Of a stretch of DNA of 64,000 nt, positions 12,024 through 25,153 are shown one piece after another; position 1 is the first letter of the stretch; every line of letters begins with the position of its first letter. Below the pieces are notes generated by a model that was not told where the DNA came from, ran no database searches, and saw only the letters and a program-made list of their open reading frames with translations. The DNA is taken from assembly GCF_001447785.1 (NCBI RefSeq), contig NW_015160330.1:1-64000 (forward strand), given 5' to 3'. The translations under genes were made by a program, and so were the position numbers. Source of the DNA: Gekko japonicus. Its lineage: Eukaryota.

Positions 12024-12600
12024 GAGAGCCAGTTTGGTGTAGTGGGTTAAGTGTGCGGACTCTAATCTGGGAGAACTGGGTTTGATTCCCCCACTCCTCC
12101 TCCACTTGCACCTGGCTGGATGACCTTGGGCAAGCCGTAGTTCTGATAAGAGCTGTCCTTGAAAAAGAGCCGTTTCTGTTAAGAGCTCTCTCAGCCCCAC
12201 CTGCCCCACAGGGTGTCTGTTGTGGGGAGGGGAAGGGAAGGGAGATTGTCAGCCGCTCTGAGACTCCTTTGAGTAGTGGCTAGCGGGGGATACAGCCAAT
12301 CCCTTGGTGTATTGGTTAGTGTAGTGGTTAAGTGCGCGGACTCTAATTTGGGAGAACCGGGTTTGATTCCCCCACTCCTCCACTTGCACCTGGCTGGATG
12401 ACCTTGGGCAAGCCGTAGTTCTCTCAGAGCTGTCCTTGACAAAGAGCCGTTTCTGTCAAGAGCTCTCTCAGCCCCACCTGCCCCACAGGGTGTCTGTTGT
12501 GGGGAGGGGAAGGGAAAGGAGATTGTAAGCCGCTCTGAGACTCCTTTGGGTAGTGAAGGGTGGGGTATAAATCCAATCTCCTCCTCCTCCTCTTCTTCTT
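12024..12600 (+). mobile_element. Two tandem Squam3-type SINEs
   Basis: Two consecutive head-to-tail copies. Confidence 0.75.
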
Positions 12601-13662
12601 CATCAAATGGTTTCACCATCCCCCCGCCAAACCTGGCGTTGGTGCCCTATAAAGGGCTACAAGCTGGAGTGGCGGGTCTGTGTGCAGCGGGGTGCTGCTT
12701 TTCAGACTCTTTACAGAGAACCTTTTTCTCTTCGACACCTGGAGAGACCTCAGAGACGAGAGGGAAGCAACCTTGGCTCCAGAGGGCAGGGAGCTCTTTG
12801 AGCTGAAGCCAAATGCCAGGGCTTGTCTTTACTGTGCCAGGAGGGAGCCGTCTCCCCGGGACTCCAAGCAGAAAGACAAAGACAAAGAGGTTTCTGGTGC
12901 AGGGGGAAAATCCACAGAGAAGACAGCAGTAGAATTCACTGGGACTCTGCAGTGATTCTTCCTCCAGCTCATCCAAGTTTTGGAAGGCCAAATTCATGGA
13001 GACAGGAAGCCGCTTCTACTCAGTCAGGCTCTTGGCCTGTCAGGGTCAGACTTGTCTAGTGTGATTGGCGGCAGCTCTCCAGGGTCTCAGGTGGAGCTCT
13101 TTCACATCACCCGGTCCCTGCTCCTGTTCCTTTCAACTGGAGATGCTGGGGCTGAACCTGGGACCTTCTGCATGCCAAGCAGATGCTCGAAGACTCGCAG
13201 ACAAGTAAGGTTTGGGTGGGCCAATCAGGATAAGTGGAGGGGCTGTGGCTCAGTGGCAGGGCATCTGTTTGGCCTGCAGATAAAATATCAGGTTCAGTCC
13301 CCGGCATTTCCAGCAAAAAGGATTAGGGGGAAGTGAGATGAAAGACCTCCAGCTGAGACCCTGGAGAGCCACTTCCAGTCTGAGTGGACAAGAGGGTTGA
13401 GATTCAGTCAGAGGCAGCTCCCGGCGTTCATGACAACATCTCCCCCCTCCCTGTACTTTAAGGGGTTCAAGTTTATTTATTTATCTTATACATTTATTTA
13501 TACTTGGATTTATATCCCGCCCTACCCTGAAGGCTCAGGGCGGCAAACAAGGGCACAGTGTACCAAGATTATAACAGTAAAAACACATAGTATAAAACAG
13601 TAAGATACAATATCAAATTTACAGAGTTCTTCCCTCAGGCACCCGTAAGGAGGCCTAGAACC

Positions 13663-13946
13663 TAGGGCTGCCAATTCCCCCCGGGGGGCGGATTTCCCCC
13701 CGCTTTGGAGGCCCGATTTCCACCGCCGCAGAATTGGGCCCCGGGGGAAACCCCACCCCGGCGTGCACGTCACCCCGATGTGACGTGATGACGCCGGGCA
13801 TGCTGGGGGCGGGGCCACAGCCATATGAGGGTGACGTGCATCCGGGTGACGTGCATGCGGTGCGTGCACACTTTGCGCACGCGTGTGCACCGGGGACGCC
13901 GTCCGGGAGCCCCCCACTGCGAGAGCAAACAGATTTGGCAACCCTA
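13663..13946. mobile_element. CpG-rich hAT MITE, family B
   Basis: TIR TAGGGCTGCCAA / TTGGCAACCCTA; perfect 8-bp TSD CTAGAACC. Confidence 0.88.
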
Positions 13947-14649
13947 CTAGAACCTCTGCTAGGCCAAAGAAATCCTACGACCTAAAAGTGAAAGATAATC
14001 ATTTGTCTATGTAAATCTCTATAGAATATGTCATCATTCCTTGTTTGGGAAAGCGGTGGAAGTTGGATCAGCCATTTTAGGGGCAAACATACTCGAACTC
14101 GGAGAAAGCGGCATCTGTTGAATTTCTGCCTGTCATTTAGGTGTTAAGGATCTATAGTTATTGCTGTTATGCAATCGGGTGGGAGGGGAAACTAGAAGTT
14201 ATTTCCAAGTCGGTACAGTGTAGTTTCTCTGTTCCAAGATGAAAAGGTCAAAGCAAAGCTCTTATCCTCTCCTTCCTACCCCCGTGGGAGAAAGGGAGAC
14301 GGAGACGCCAGGGCGTGAGGAGCAAAAACTAGGAGGGGCCATTTAACACCAGAGGTAAGTGTAGGGTTATTATTGCTTGTTCACAGAAAAGAAAATAATC
14401 CATTAACTTTAACTCCTGTTAAATAAAGTGAAGCGCGGATGCTGCAGTAATGCGTTTCTGGCTCTGGAGGAACACAGACCCCTGTCAGAGTCCTTTTCAT
14501 GTGTGTGACAAAGAGGGAAGATGCCCTCAGATCTTTCACCAATGCTTCCTCCCATCCCACTATTAGGGGGAGAGTGTGGCTCAGTGGCCGAGCACCACAG
14601 CCCCAGGTCCACCCCCCCCCCACTCCAGCTAAAGGGATCAGCTTTAAAG

Positions 14650-15440
14650 GAGAATTAAACAGGTCCATGGAGGGAAGGTCTATCAGTGGCTATGGTGACT
14701 AAGGGGAACCTCAACGTTCAGATGGATTCTGAATCCCAGCGCCAGGATGCAACATCAGGGGGCCACTTCAGCCTCTCTGCCCTGTTGTTGGCCCTGCAGA
14801 GGAACTGGTTGGCCACTGTGTGAGATGGGATGCTGGACTAGATGGATAATTGGCCTGATCTGCCAGGACTCTTCTGATGTTCCTCTTGGGGGACGGCCCC
14901 GGCCTTTGAGCCTTGTTGTTGGCCATCGAGAGGAGCTGGTTGGCCGCCCTGTTGTTGGACCTCCAGAGGAGCTGGCTGGCCCCTGTGTGAGACAAGAGGC
15001 TGGACTAGATGGACCCTCACTGGTCTGATCCAGCAGGGCTCTTCTAAGGTTCTTATCAGGGGAAGGCCTCGGCCTCTCTGCCCTGTTGCTGGCCCTCCAG
15101 AGGAACTGGCTGGCCCCTGTGTGAGACCGGAGGCTGGACTAGAAGGACCCTCCCTGGTCTGACCCAGCAGGGCTCTTCTGAAGTTCTTCTCAGGGGAAGG
15201 CCTCGGCCTCTCTGCCCTGTTGTTGACCCTCCAGGGGAACTGGCTGGCCCCTGTGTGAGACAAGATGCTGGACTGGATGGATAATTGGCCCAATCTGATG
15301 TTCTTATCAGGGGAAGGCCTCGGCCTGTGAGCCTTGTTGTTGGCCATCCAGAGGAGCTGGTGGGCCACTGTGTGAGACACAATGATGGACTGGATGGATC
15401 TCTGGGCTGATCCACCAGGGCTTTTCTTATGTTCTTATGT
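14650..15440 (+). repeat. CR1 3'-end tandem array (about 5 units)
   Basis: Same unit as 5385-6128; ends TTCTTATGTTCTTATG. Confidence 0.82.
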
Positions 15441-15480
15441 GCAGGGCCCAGGAAGAGGTCCAAGCCCTCTCCAATCCGGC

Positions 15481-16440
15481 ATGTCCGACTTTGGCAGCAA
15501 CTCCAGCAGCTGTTTTCACCCTTCATTTTTCTTCCTGGTGGGGATCCCGGGCTTAGAGGCTGCCCATATCTGGCTCTCCATCCCGCTCTGCTTCATCTAC
15601 GTGGGAACTGTGCTGGGGAACTGCACCATCATGCTGGTCATCTGGGCGGAGGAGAGCCTGCACGAGCCCATGTATTTCTTCCTCTGCATGCTGGCTGGGG
15701 TGGACCTAGCCGGCTCCACCTCTGTGGTGCCCAAATTGCTCTGCCTCTTCTGGTTCGGCTCTCACGAGATCCCCTTCGAAGGGTGCCTGCTGCAGATGTT
15801 CTTCATCCACGCCCTCTCCATCATCGAGTCAGCCATATTGGTGGCCATGGCCTTTGACCGCTATGTGGCTATCTGCCAGCCACTGCACTACACGACCATC
15901 CTGACGAATCCGGTCATTGTCAAGATGGGCTGCCTGGCTGTCGTGAGGGGGGCCATCTTGACCTCCCCATTTTCCATCCTCGCCAGCAGACTGCCCTACT
16001 GCCGGACTAACGTGGTCCCTCACACATACTGCGAGCACATGGGCATTGTCCGGTTGGCCTGCGGCAGCACCGTCATCAATAACTTGTACGGCCTCACAGT
16101 GGCTCTGCTCGTGGTAGGTCTGGATCTCCTCTTCATTGGCGTCTCCTACGCCAAAATCCTCTTGACTGTGTTGAGGCTGCCCTCGCAAGAGGCCCAGGCC
16201 AAGGCCTTCAGCACCTGTGGCTCCCACATCTGTGTGATTGTCTTGGCCTACACGCCTGCCCTCTTCTCTTTTCTCACCCACCGCTTTGGCCACAACGTGG
16301 CCCCTTACATCCACATCCTCATTGGCAACTTCTACATCCTGGTGCCCCCCTTCTGCAATCCCATTGTGTATGGTATAAAGACCAAGCTGATCCGAGACAA
16401 GGTGGTCAGCCTGCTCTCCAGGAAAAAGGACATCTCCTAA
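15481..16440 (+). CDS. Class I olfactory receptor, OR52-like, 319 aa
   Basis: ATG at 15481 (MSDFGSNSS); GIPGLE, LHEPMY, MAFDRYVAICQPLHY, HTYCEHMGIVRLAC, KAFSTCGSH, NPIVYGIKT. Confidence 0.95.
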   Translation: MSDFGSNSSSCFHPSFFFLVGIPGLEAAHIWLSIPLCFIYVGTVLGNCTIMLVIWAEESLHEPMYFFLCMLAGVDLAGSTSVVPKLLCLFWFGSHEIPFEGCLLQMFFIHALSIIESAILVAMAFDRYVAICQPLHYTTILTNPVIVKMGCLAVVRGAILTSPFSILASRLPYCRTNVVPHTYCEHMGIVRLACGSTVINNLYGLTVALLVVGLDLLFIGVSYAKILLTVLRLPSQEAQAKAFSTCGSHICVIVLAYTPALFSFLTHRFGHNVAPYIHILIGNFYILVPPFCNPIVYGIKTKLIRDKVVSLLSRKKDIS

Positions 16441-16739
16441 AAGTGGGAGCAAGCAAGCGATGTGTTCGGTGGGGCTGTGAAGGCGAGCACCCGGATCAGC
16501 TCAAATGCTGCCATTTTCAGTCTTGGATCAAAAGCTGTTCAAGACTCAAGAGACAGAGAGTTGCGGTAGAAAGAACCCCTGGGAAAGCCAACCTCAGCAG
16601 CTTCATTTGGGGCCTGGAAACTGAACTGATGGCACCTCGAGAAGGATGAGCTGTCTTGCTTTTTCAGCACTGCTCTGGAACTTCACTCCGCTATGGATTC
16701 CTCTCCTCTTTAAAGAGACTTGCAACGTTTGCCAGTAAC

Positions 16740-17760
16740 AGAAAGTAGCACTTAACCTTTGTTTAATTTTTGAGGGAATACAGAATAAACAAAGGGGGTA
16801 AGGGAAAATAATAAAAGGTAAAATTAGCAAATCATAGTATAAGGGGCTTTTTTTGCCAATATAAAGGATAATCCTTGATTCTGATACTTTAATTTTGGGG
16901 GAAATTGTATAACATAATAACTTTAAAAACCACTATAACAATCTAAACATTCTACCATTTTCTTGTAATATATTATTATTTTTATCCTATCTTATCAATC
17001 TGGTCAGTTATATGATAAGCCATGAATAACCTCATAAAATGTGTATATAATTTTGACATAACAGTTTGATTGTGATAAGAATCATATGGAAGAAAAAATC
17101 TTTAGTATTTCATCCTAAAACTATCACGTAATATAACCCATTCAACTGTATGACTACAAAGACTGGTTACAGTAATTATAGAAAACTCGCCAGTGATTTT
17201 CAAATTCGACTTTTGGTCTCTAATTAATGAAATTTGTCAGTTTTGCCATAACAACATATTTCTGCATTTTATCTATCCAATTCTCAAGAGTTGGACAATC
17301 TTCAATTTTCCACTTTGCTACAATTACTACTTTTGCTGCAGTTAACATATATCTATGCAATTCATGTATAGTTCTGTCTGCATTCACTGGTAGAATTCCT
17401 AGTAACATTGTCTCTGGTAAAATAGCAAATGTTATATTCAACATTTTTTGAATTTCAATATGTATTTCTATCTAATATTTACTAGTTTTTTTGCAGGACC
17501 ACCACTTATGGTAAAAGGTACCATCTATTCCTTTACATTTCCAACACAGTCCTTTATAGTGTTTATCCATCTTCTCTATATCTTTTGGGGTAATGTACCA
17601 GCAATAAAACATTTTATACCAATTTTCTCTAAGTGCTTGACTCGCAGTAAATTTTATGTCTTTCATCCATAGTTTCTCCCATTGCTGAAATGAAAACTCC
17701 TTCCCAAAATTTTGTGATCATTTCACCATGGCTATCTCAACTTGTTCTGTTTCTGTGTCA
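16740..17760 (-). mobile_element. L1/Tx1-clade LINE 3' fragment
   Basis: WYKMFYCWYITP..CWKCKGIDGTFYHKWWSC C-terminal CCHC region, frameshifted. Confidence 0.8.
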
Positions 17761-17796
17761 TATTGTAATTAGCATTTATAAATGTGTCATAGAAAA

Positions 17797-18800
17797 TTTA
17801 TTTAATTACATTTATACCCCGCCCTTCCCGCGAACGGGCTCAGGGCGGCTTACACGAGCACAAAGTGCATATATATAATATACAATATATAAAATAGATA
17901 AAAAGTTAAAAAGTTCAATACATCAGGATGCAAGGAAAGAGAAGAGAAAACTCCCACATTTTGCGTAGCAGAGGGGAAGACTAGGGCCACAATTGGATGT
18001 TACACGGTCCTCCGGCGGTAACACTCTATGGAGGATAGGTGGTGGTAATAGCAGTGGCAGCTCCTACTCATATGCCTGGTGGAAGAGCTCCGACTTACAG
18101 GCCCTGCGGAACTGCAAAATGTACGGCAGGGCCCTGATCTCCTCCGGGAGCTCATTCCACCAGGTAGGGGCCGCCACTGAAAAGGACCTGGCCCTTGTTG
18201 CTGCAAGCCTGGCCTCCTTAGGGCCCGGGGTCACCTTGCGGTGTTGTGACCCCGACCGAAGTGCTGTTTGGAGAATATGTGGAGAAATGTCGGTCCCTCA
18301 GGTAGGGCTTTAAAGGTGAGCACCAACACTTTGAAGCGAATCCGGTATGCTATGGGGAGCCAGTGCAGCGCTTTCAGCATAGGTCGGGTGTGCTCCCACC
18401 TAGGGGTGCCCACCAACAACCTGGCCGCAGCATTCTGCACCAGCTGCAGCTTCTGGATTTGTGACAGAGGCAGCCCCATGTAGAGAGTGTTACAGTAGTC
18501 TAGCCTCAAGGTGACCATCACATGGATCACTGTAGCTAGGTCGTTGCTGTCAAGGAAAGGAACCAACTTCCTCACCAGCCGGAGATGGTAGAAGGCCGAT
18601 CTGGCAGTGGCTGCCACTTGGGCCTCCATCGTTAAGGTGGGGTCCAGGAGCACTCCCAAGCTCCTAACCTCCGAAGCTGGCACCAAAGGTGCCCCATCGA
18701 AGGTCAGGAGCTGGAGCCCTAATCTGGTCCGACTCAAGCACAGGACTTCCGTCTTCGCCGGGTTTAATTTCAGCCTGCTCAGTCTGAGCCACCCAGCCAC
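17797..18800 (-). mobile_element. L2 LINE 3' fragment
   Basis: LKLNPAKTE..RLDYCN..LQLVQNAAARL..LHWLP..FKVLVLTFKAL. Confidence 0.88.
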
Positions 18801-21800
18801 AAAAAATGATGGCAACAAATAATTCTCAATTATTCCCTCCTTTAATTGGCAAGCGTCTCATTGCCCCTGTATCTACACGGAGGGGTAGGGCAGAAACAAC
18901 GTTTTGTTATTTGTTTATTTACAGGATTCGTATCCGGCCTTTTTGCCCTCACAGGGGCCACCAAGGTGGCTAATGATTTAAAACATACAGGATGTTATCA
19001 CTTAAAAAAACAACAACATTAAAATCAACTCACTTCCAAACATGCATCATTCAAACAATTTTTATAAAAGCAGAGTCAAAATACATACAAAACATAAAAA
19101 CAACAAACAGTCAGGAAGGAAGGATGCCAAATGAAACAAAAAGCCTTCACCCGTGGGTGGGAGACGGCAACAGAAGGGGACTGGCGAATGTCCCCCGGGG
19201 GAGAGGGTTCTAGAGTTTTGGTGCCACAACCAAGAAGGCTCTCTCCCAGGTTGCCCCCTGCCTAATCTCAGAGGACGGGGGCAGCCCAAACAGGGCCTCC
19301 GAAGATGACCGCCGAAGATGACCCCTTGCCCTAGACCGAGAGCTCCTAATCTATACCTTGTGGCTAAGAGCCACTGAGGGACCTCTGCTCCAACACTCTG
19401 TGTCACACAGTGACCAAAAAGTGATGTTCGCACCTTTCTTTTTATGCAAATTTCAGTGCAGTCCTGAAAATCTTAGTATTCCGGGCAGGACTTGCATTTG
19501 CTGCCCACTAACCCACTAAAATGCCTATCATTATACAGACGTTTATTTTAAACATACTGTGAGTGAAAGAAGAGTCCAGGAAAGACTTTCCAGGGCCATC
19601 CTAAGCAGCTTTCCACAGAAGATCCCATGAGTCCAATGGGGCCTACCCCAAAGGATGCTGCATGTGATTCTAGCCTTAGCTGGGGGGGGGAGGGGTTCAA
19701 GTGATTCCCTCCCTTTCTCCCTCCTGCTTTCCTCCTCATAAAAGCCCTCAGGGCTTCTGCCTTGCTGTTAGACACTTCTCCTCAGACTGCCCATCTTGCT
19801 CGGTTTGGTGTAGTGGTTAAGTGTGCGGACTCTAATCTGGGAGAACCCACTTTGATTCTCCGCAAGCAGCCAGCTGGGTGACCTTGGGTCAGTCACAAGT
19901 TCTCTCAGAGCTGTTCTCCCAAGAGCAGTTTCTGTCAGAGCTCTCTCAGCCCCGCCTGCCTCGCAGGGTGTCTGTCTGTTGTGGGGAGGGGAAGGGAAAG
20001 GAGTTTGTCAGCCGCTCTGAGACACCTTTGGGTAGTGAAGGGCGGGGTAGAAATCTGATCTCTTCTTCTTCTCAGCAAGGGAAGTGGTTTTCTGCTACCA
20101 CCGTCATACTGGGAGGATAGGAGAATGGCAGAATCCAAGAGGATCTCTGGGCACCCTCCAAGCCTTCACTCTACCCAGAGAGGCCAGGCAAATGTATTTG
20201 GCACAAGCCATACCAAACAGTCCCCATGCACAAAACTCTCACGAACAAGATTTAGCGGGTTCAAAGAGCACGATCCTCAGCTCAAGCCTAGTGGTGCCAC
20301 AAAATAAATCAAGTAGTGTGCATGCAGTTCATAAGAACATGAGAGAAGCCCCAGTGTTGGATCAGGCCAGTGGCCGCTCCAGTCCAACACGCTCTGTGTC
20401 ACAGAGTGGCCAGAAATACCAGGGGCCATTAGGAGGTACAATTCAAAGGTGCAATTCAAATGTGCAAATATGACAACTTTATTTGGATTAGCTCCAGAAG
20501 GGTGGCTGTGTGAGTCTGCCTGTAGCAGGAGAAAAAAGCCAGCGTCCAGAAGCACCTTCAAGACTAGCAAAATTTGTGGCAGGGGAGGAGCTTTGGGAAG
20601 TCACTGCAGTCACTTCTGGGGCGATTCACGAGGGGAAGAAGAGGAAGATGATATTGGATTTATAACCCGCCCTTCACTACCCAGAGAAGTCTCAGAGTGG
20701 TTTACAATCTCCTTTCCCTTCCTCTCCCCACAACCGGCACCCTGTGAGGTAGGCGGGGCTGAGAGAGCTCTTGACAGAAACTTCTCTTTTTCAAGGACAG
20801 CTCTTGTCAGAACTACGGCTTGCCCAAAGTCATCCAGCCAGGTGCAAGTGGAGGAAGAGTGGGGGAATCGAACCCAGTTCTCCCAGATTAGAGTCCACGC
20901 ACTTAACCACTACACCAAACTGGTGTACATGTGTTCAGTGTAATATGTGTTCAATTTGGTGTAGTGGTTAGGAGCACAGATTCTAATCTGGGAGAACCGG
21001 GTTTGATTCCCCCACTCCTCCTCCACTTGCACCTGCTGGAGGACCTTGGGCAAGCCGTAGTTCTGACAAGAGCTGTCCTTGAAAGAGCTCTCTCAGCCCC
21101 ACCTACCTCACAGGGTGTCTGTTGTGGGGAGGGGAAGGAAAAGGAAGAAGAGGAGGAGTTTGGATTTATACCCTGCCCTTCATGACTCAAGGGAGTCTCA
21201 GAGCNNNNNNNNNNNNNNNNNNNNNNNNNNNNNNNNNNNNNNNNNNNNNNNNNNNNNNNNNNNNAAGAACAGCTCTTGTCAGAACTATGTGAGTGGAGGA
21301 GGTGTGGGGGAATCAGACCCGGTTCTCCCAGATTAGAGTCCAGACACTTAACCACTACACCAAACTGGCTCTCAAGAAGAAGAGGAGGAGGATGGATTTA
21401 TTCCCCTGGCCCTTCACCACCCAAAGGAGTCTCAGAGCGGCTGACAAACTCCTTTCCCTTCCCCTCCCCACAACAGACACCCTGTGAGGCAGGTGGGGCT
21501 GAGAGAGCTCTTGACAGAGGTCATCCAGCAGCCGCATGTGGAGAAGGAGGGGGAAATCAAACCCGGTTCTCTGAGATCATAGAGCCCAGGCACTTAAACA
21601 CGACACCAGACTGGGGCTGTGCCGAGGGGAGTCCTTCCTTTTAGTACATCCCCGAATTTTGCCACAAGGAATGAAAGCGTGCTGCCTGGGGCTGAGGGAG
21701 GCCAGGGAACGTTTCCCCGTGAATGGGCAACTGGCCGCCGCCTCCGCAGGGATTTAAAAAGCCCCTTCCCAGGCCTGCAGGAGGAGAAAGAACCTCCCCC

Positions 21801-21808
21801 GAGCTGAT

Positions 21809-22020
21809 TTCCACTCCGTGGCCTGTCATCCCAGTTCCTGAAAACTCCTGGCACACCCTGGGGCTGTCATTCCACTCTTGGCCCTGTCATTCCAGTTCCT
21901 GAACTCTCCTGCTCAACCCTGCCGCTGTCATTCCACTCCGTGGCCTGTCATCCCAGTTCCTGAACACTTCTGTTACTCCCAGGGGCTGTCATTCCACTCC
22001 GTGGTCTCTCATTCCATCCC
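21809..22020. repeat. ~60-bp tandem repeat, about 3.5 copies
   Basis: TTCCACTCCGTGGCCTGTCATCCCAGTTCCTGAA... recurs at roughly 60-bp spacing. Confidence 0.8.
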
Positions 22021-22319
22021 CAGTGTAGTGTATTTGGGCCCAGAGACCCTAATGGGAAATCCATTCCGCATTTTTATTGCAACTGTACTTTTTCCAATGG
22101 AGCCAATGCAAGTCAATTGNNNNNNNNNNNNNNNNNNNNNNNNNNNNNNNNNNNNNNNNNNNNNNNNNNNNNNNNNNNNNNNNNNNNNNNNNNNNNNNNN
22201 NNNNNNNNNNNNNNNNNNNNNNNNNNNNNNNNNNNNNNGGCGGGACCCACGTCTCTTTTTGGGGGGGAGGGGGGAGTGTGTCCCCGCGTCTGTTTTAAGA
22301 CGGGTCGCCCTGCCTGCAG

Positions 22320-22514
22320 CAATGCTGCCTCTAGGCTGTGGAGTCCTGTGAGCAAAAATTCTGCTTTGTGAGCTACTGGCATTAAAGTTGTGGCTGCCGC
22401 ATAAATTAGTTTGCTCTGGAGCCCCATCCTTCCCGAGCTAAGACAAGAATCTGTGAGCCGGAGGCTAAAAAACTGTGAGCTGGCTCACACCGACTTAGCT
22501 TAGAGGGAACATTG
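22320..22514. mobile_element. hAT MITE, family A
   Basis: TIRs present; TSD GCCTGCAG/GTCTGCAG. Confidence 0.85.
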
Positions 22515-23900
22515 GTCTGCAGCAGTAGATAGAGGAAGAGCAAGAGTCTCTCCCCCCCCCCCCCAAAAAAGGCATGTGGCAGGGGATTTTTTTTTTTTTT
22601 TTTTTGGGTTTTTTTCTTATTTATTTGTTAGGTTTTTCTACCCCACCCTCCCAGCAGAGCCGGTGAAGGACGGCTTCCGCAACCAGTGTAAAACATAATG
22701 CGGCAGTAAAATCTACATTGTAAAAGAAGAAGAGATTGGATTTATATCCTCTGCCATTCACTACCCAGAGGAGTCTCAGAGCAGCTTACAAACTCCCTTC
22801 CCCACAACAGACACCCTTTGAGGGAGATGGGGCTGAAGGAGCTCTTGACAGAAACGACTCTTTTTCAAGGACAGCTCTTATCAGAGCCATCAATACACAA
22901 TTTAAAACTATAGCATCACAACATATTAAAGTGCTAGTGTTCGACCCTCAGCATACAGTACAGGGATGAACTTTAGTTGAACTTCTCACTTCAGATACCA
23001 TTTGAAGAAGGGAGCAGCGACTCCCGAAAGCTCCTACCCTGCCGTCGTTCACAAGCATTTGCCAAGCTAAAGATACGGATGATAGGCGGATTTTCTGGGC
23101 GCGATCACACCACCACATCTGGGAAGTGTAGTGCACCCGTGGCTTCGTACTGAAGATACAGAGTAAAAAACCAGTACTTACGATGGTACTAGTTTCCGGA
23201 AAACGCGGGGCAAGGGCGGGCGTCTGATCGCGTCCCATCCTAGTCCCGTCGCAAACCAGTTAGGTTTTTTTTTCAAGTCTTCACAGGATGCGCACAAACG
23301 ATCATGTGCATGCTCACCTTTTGGTGAGAAAAAAAATATTCCTGTTTGCCACAGAAGTGGCACCTGGCAATTGCTGGTATGATCATGCCGCTTCTTTGCC
23401 TAACTGCAGGAGAGCCGTGTGATCGACGGGACGTGTCATCGGACAGCCGCGCGTTATTTTGCTCCGGGGCAAACAGCCACGCTCCCCCCCCCCCCCCTTT
23501 TTTTTACCCCCTGGCCCAGGCGTTAGCTTTTAAGGTGTTCCTGGACTCTTGCTCTTTTCTGCTTTATTTCTTTTAAATGCCTGTTTCACTCTCTGTCCCA
23601 TTTTTATCTCCACGACAATGAGGTTAGGCTGAGAGTAGGTGACTGACTGGGGATTCAAACCTGGCACTCCCAGATGCTACTGCTGCAGGCTGGCTCATAA
23701 ATGAGCAGTGGAGCAGAAAGGGGGAGAGATGGGTTGCCCATTTTTTTTGCTGACTGAATGGCCCAGGTTCTCTCCATTCATGACTCCTCTGTGCTTCTGC
23801 AGTGAAGATGGTTACTTGCTTGGCAAAATACCTGGGAAGGTTTAGTAGCTGAATAAAGGAAACCTTTGCACGGCCTTGCCACTTGAGGGCATTCCCCATT

Positions 23901-23996
23901 GCTGACTTGTGATGTGCATTCTCACGATGGTCTTCCAAGCCCCATTGGTGAAGGGGTTTTGACGAGAGTGGCCAAAAGGCCTTGACTGAAGTCAGC
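23901..23996 (+). ncRNA. SNORD35: Box C/D snoRNA U35 family, RPS11 intron 2
   Basis: Terminal stem GCTGACTT/AAGTCAGC, C box GTGATGT, guide TCTCACGATGGTCT complementary to 28S AGACCGUCGUGAGA, D box CTGA at 23986. Confidence 0.88.
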
Positions 23997-24107
23997 TCAT
24001 CTCCACCGATGCAAAACAAACAAACAAACAAACGAAGTGGCTCTTTGCAGGGAAACTGCTGGATAATCTTGATGTTGAGTGCATCACGTAGGGCCCAGAA
24101 GTAGTAA

Positions 24108-24455
<348 letters not shown>

Positions 24456-24601
24456 TGACTGGTGATAGAAGGATTGGGTAAACAGAGGGAAACGATTACA
24501 GCCAAAAGTGTACATTTGCTGTTCAGGGACAGACCCAGTATTTAATTTTTGTAAAATTAATTTTATTTGATATTTATACCCTGCTTTTTCTCCCAGTGGG
24601 G

Positions 24602-25097
24602 CACAAGTGCTCAAAAAGTCATGCAAAAAGAGTAAATTTATATGACAAGAATAACAGAGGACTGCATGTATCAGTAAAACCAAATTACATCATACAATGT
24701 ACAGGTCCATGAATAGTGCAAGTCCATAAATGGTACACAGACAAGGACGAAGACTCCGGATTGTAATCTTTGTTTCGACAGATCTTCGTCAAGAAGTTCA
24801 CACTACTTCATAAAGTACTCATAATGTACAGAAGACTTTATAATGGTGTATGTAGGAGGGAAAATCCTTAGCACAGCACTCACAGTGTATAAAAGCCTTC
24901 AGACCAGTATTACAGGGAAAAACTCAATCCTCTTATAATCATTCAGAGCCGAGCACCTGATCAACAGTAGAACAAACTCTCCAGTAGTCGGTAAGCCTCC
25001 TGCACACACCATTATAAAGTTTTACTGACACATGTGGTCTTCTGTTATTCTTGTCATATAAATTTACTCTTTTTGCATGACTTTTTGAGCACTTGTG
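24602..25097. mobile_element. Probable Penelope remnant bounded by ~79-bp inverted repeats
   Basis: 24602-24680 is the near reverse complement of 25019-25097; degenerate hammerhead core on the minus strand near 24772-24795. Confidence 0.6.
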
Positions 25098-25153
25098 GTC
25101 TGCCTTATTTGTGCAGTGCTTGCTTGCTTTCTGCCCATATCCGCTCCCCCCAT

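Noticed and set aside
15382-15480. N-terminal extension of the 352-aa ORF call
   Set aside because: It lies in CR1-derived repeat upstream of a likely splice acceptor; ATG 15481 gives a normal OR N-terminus
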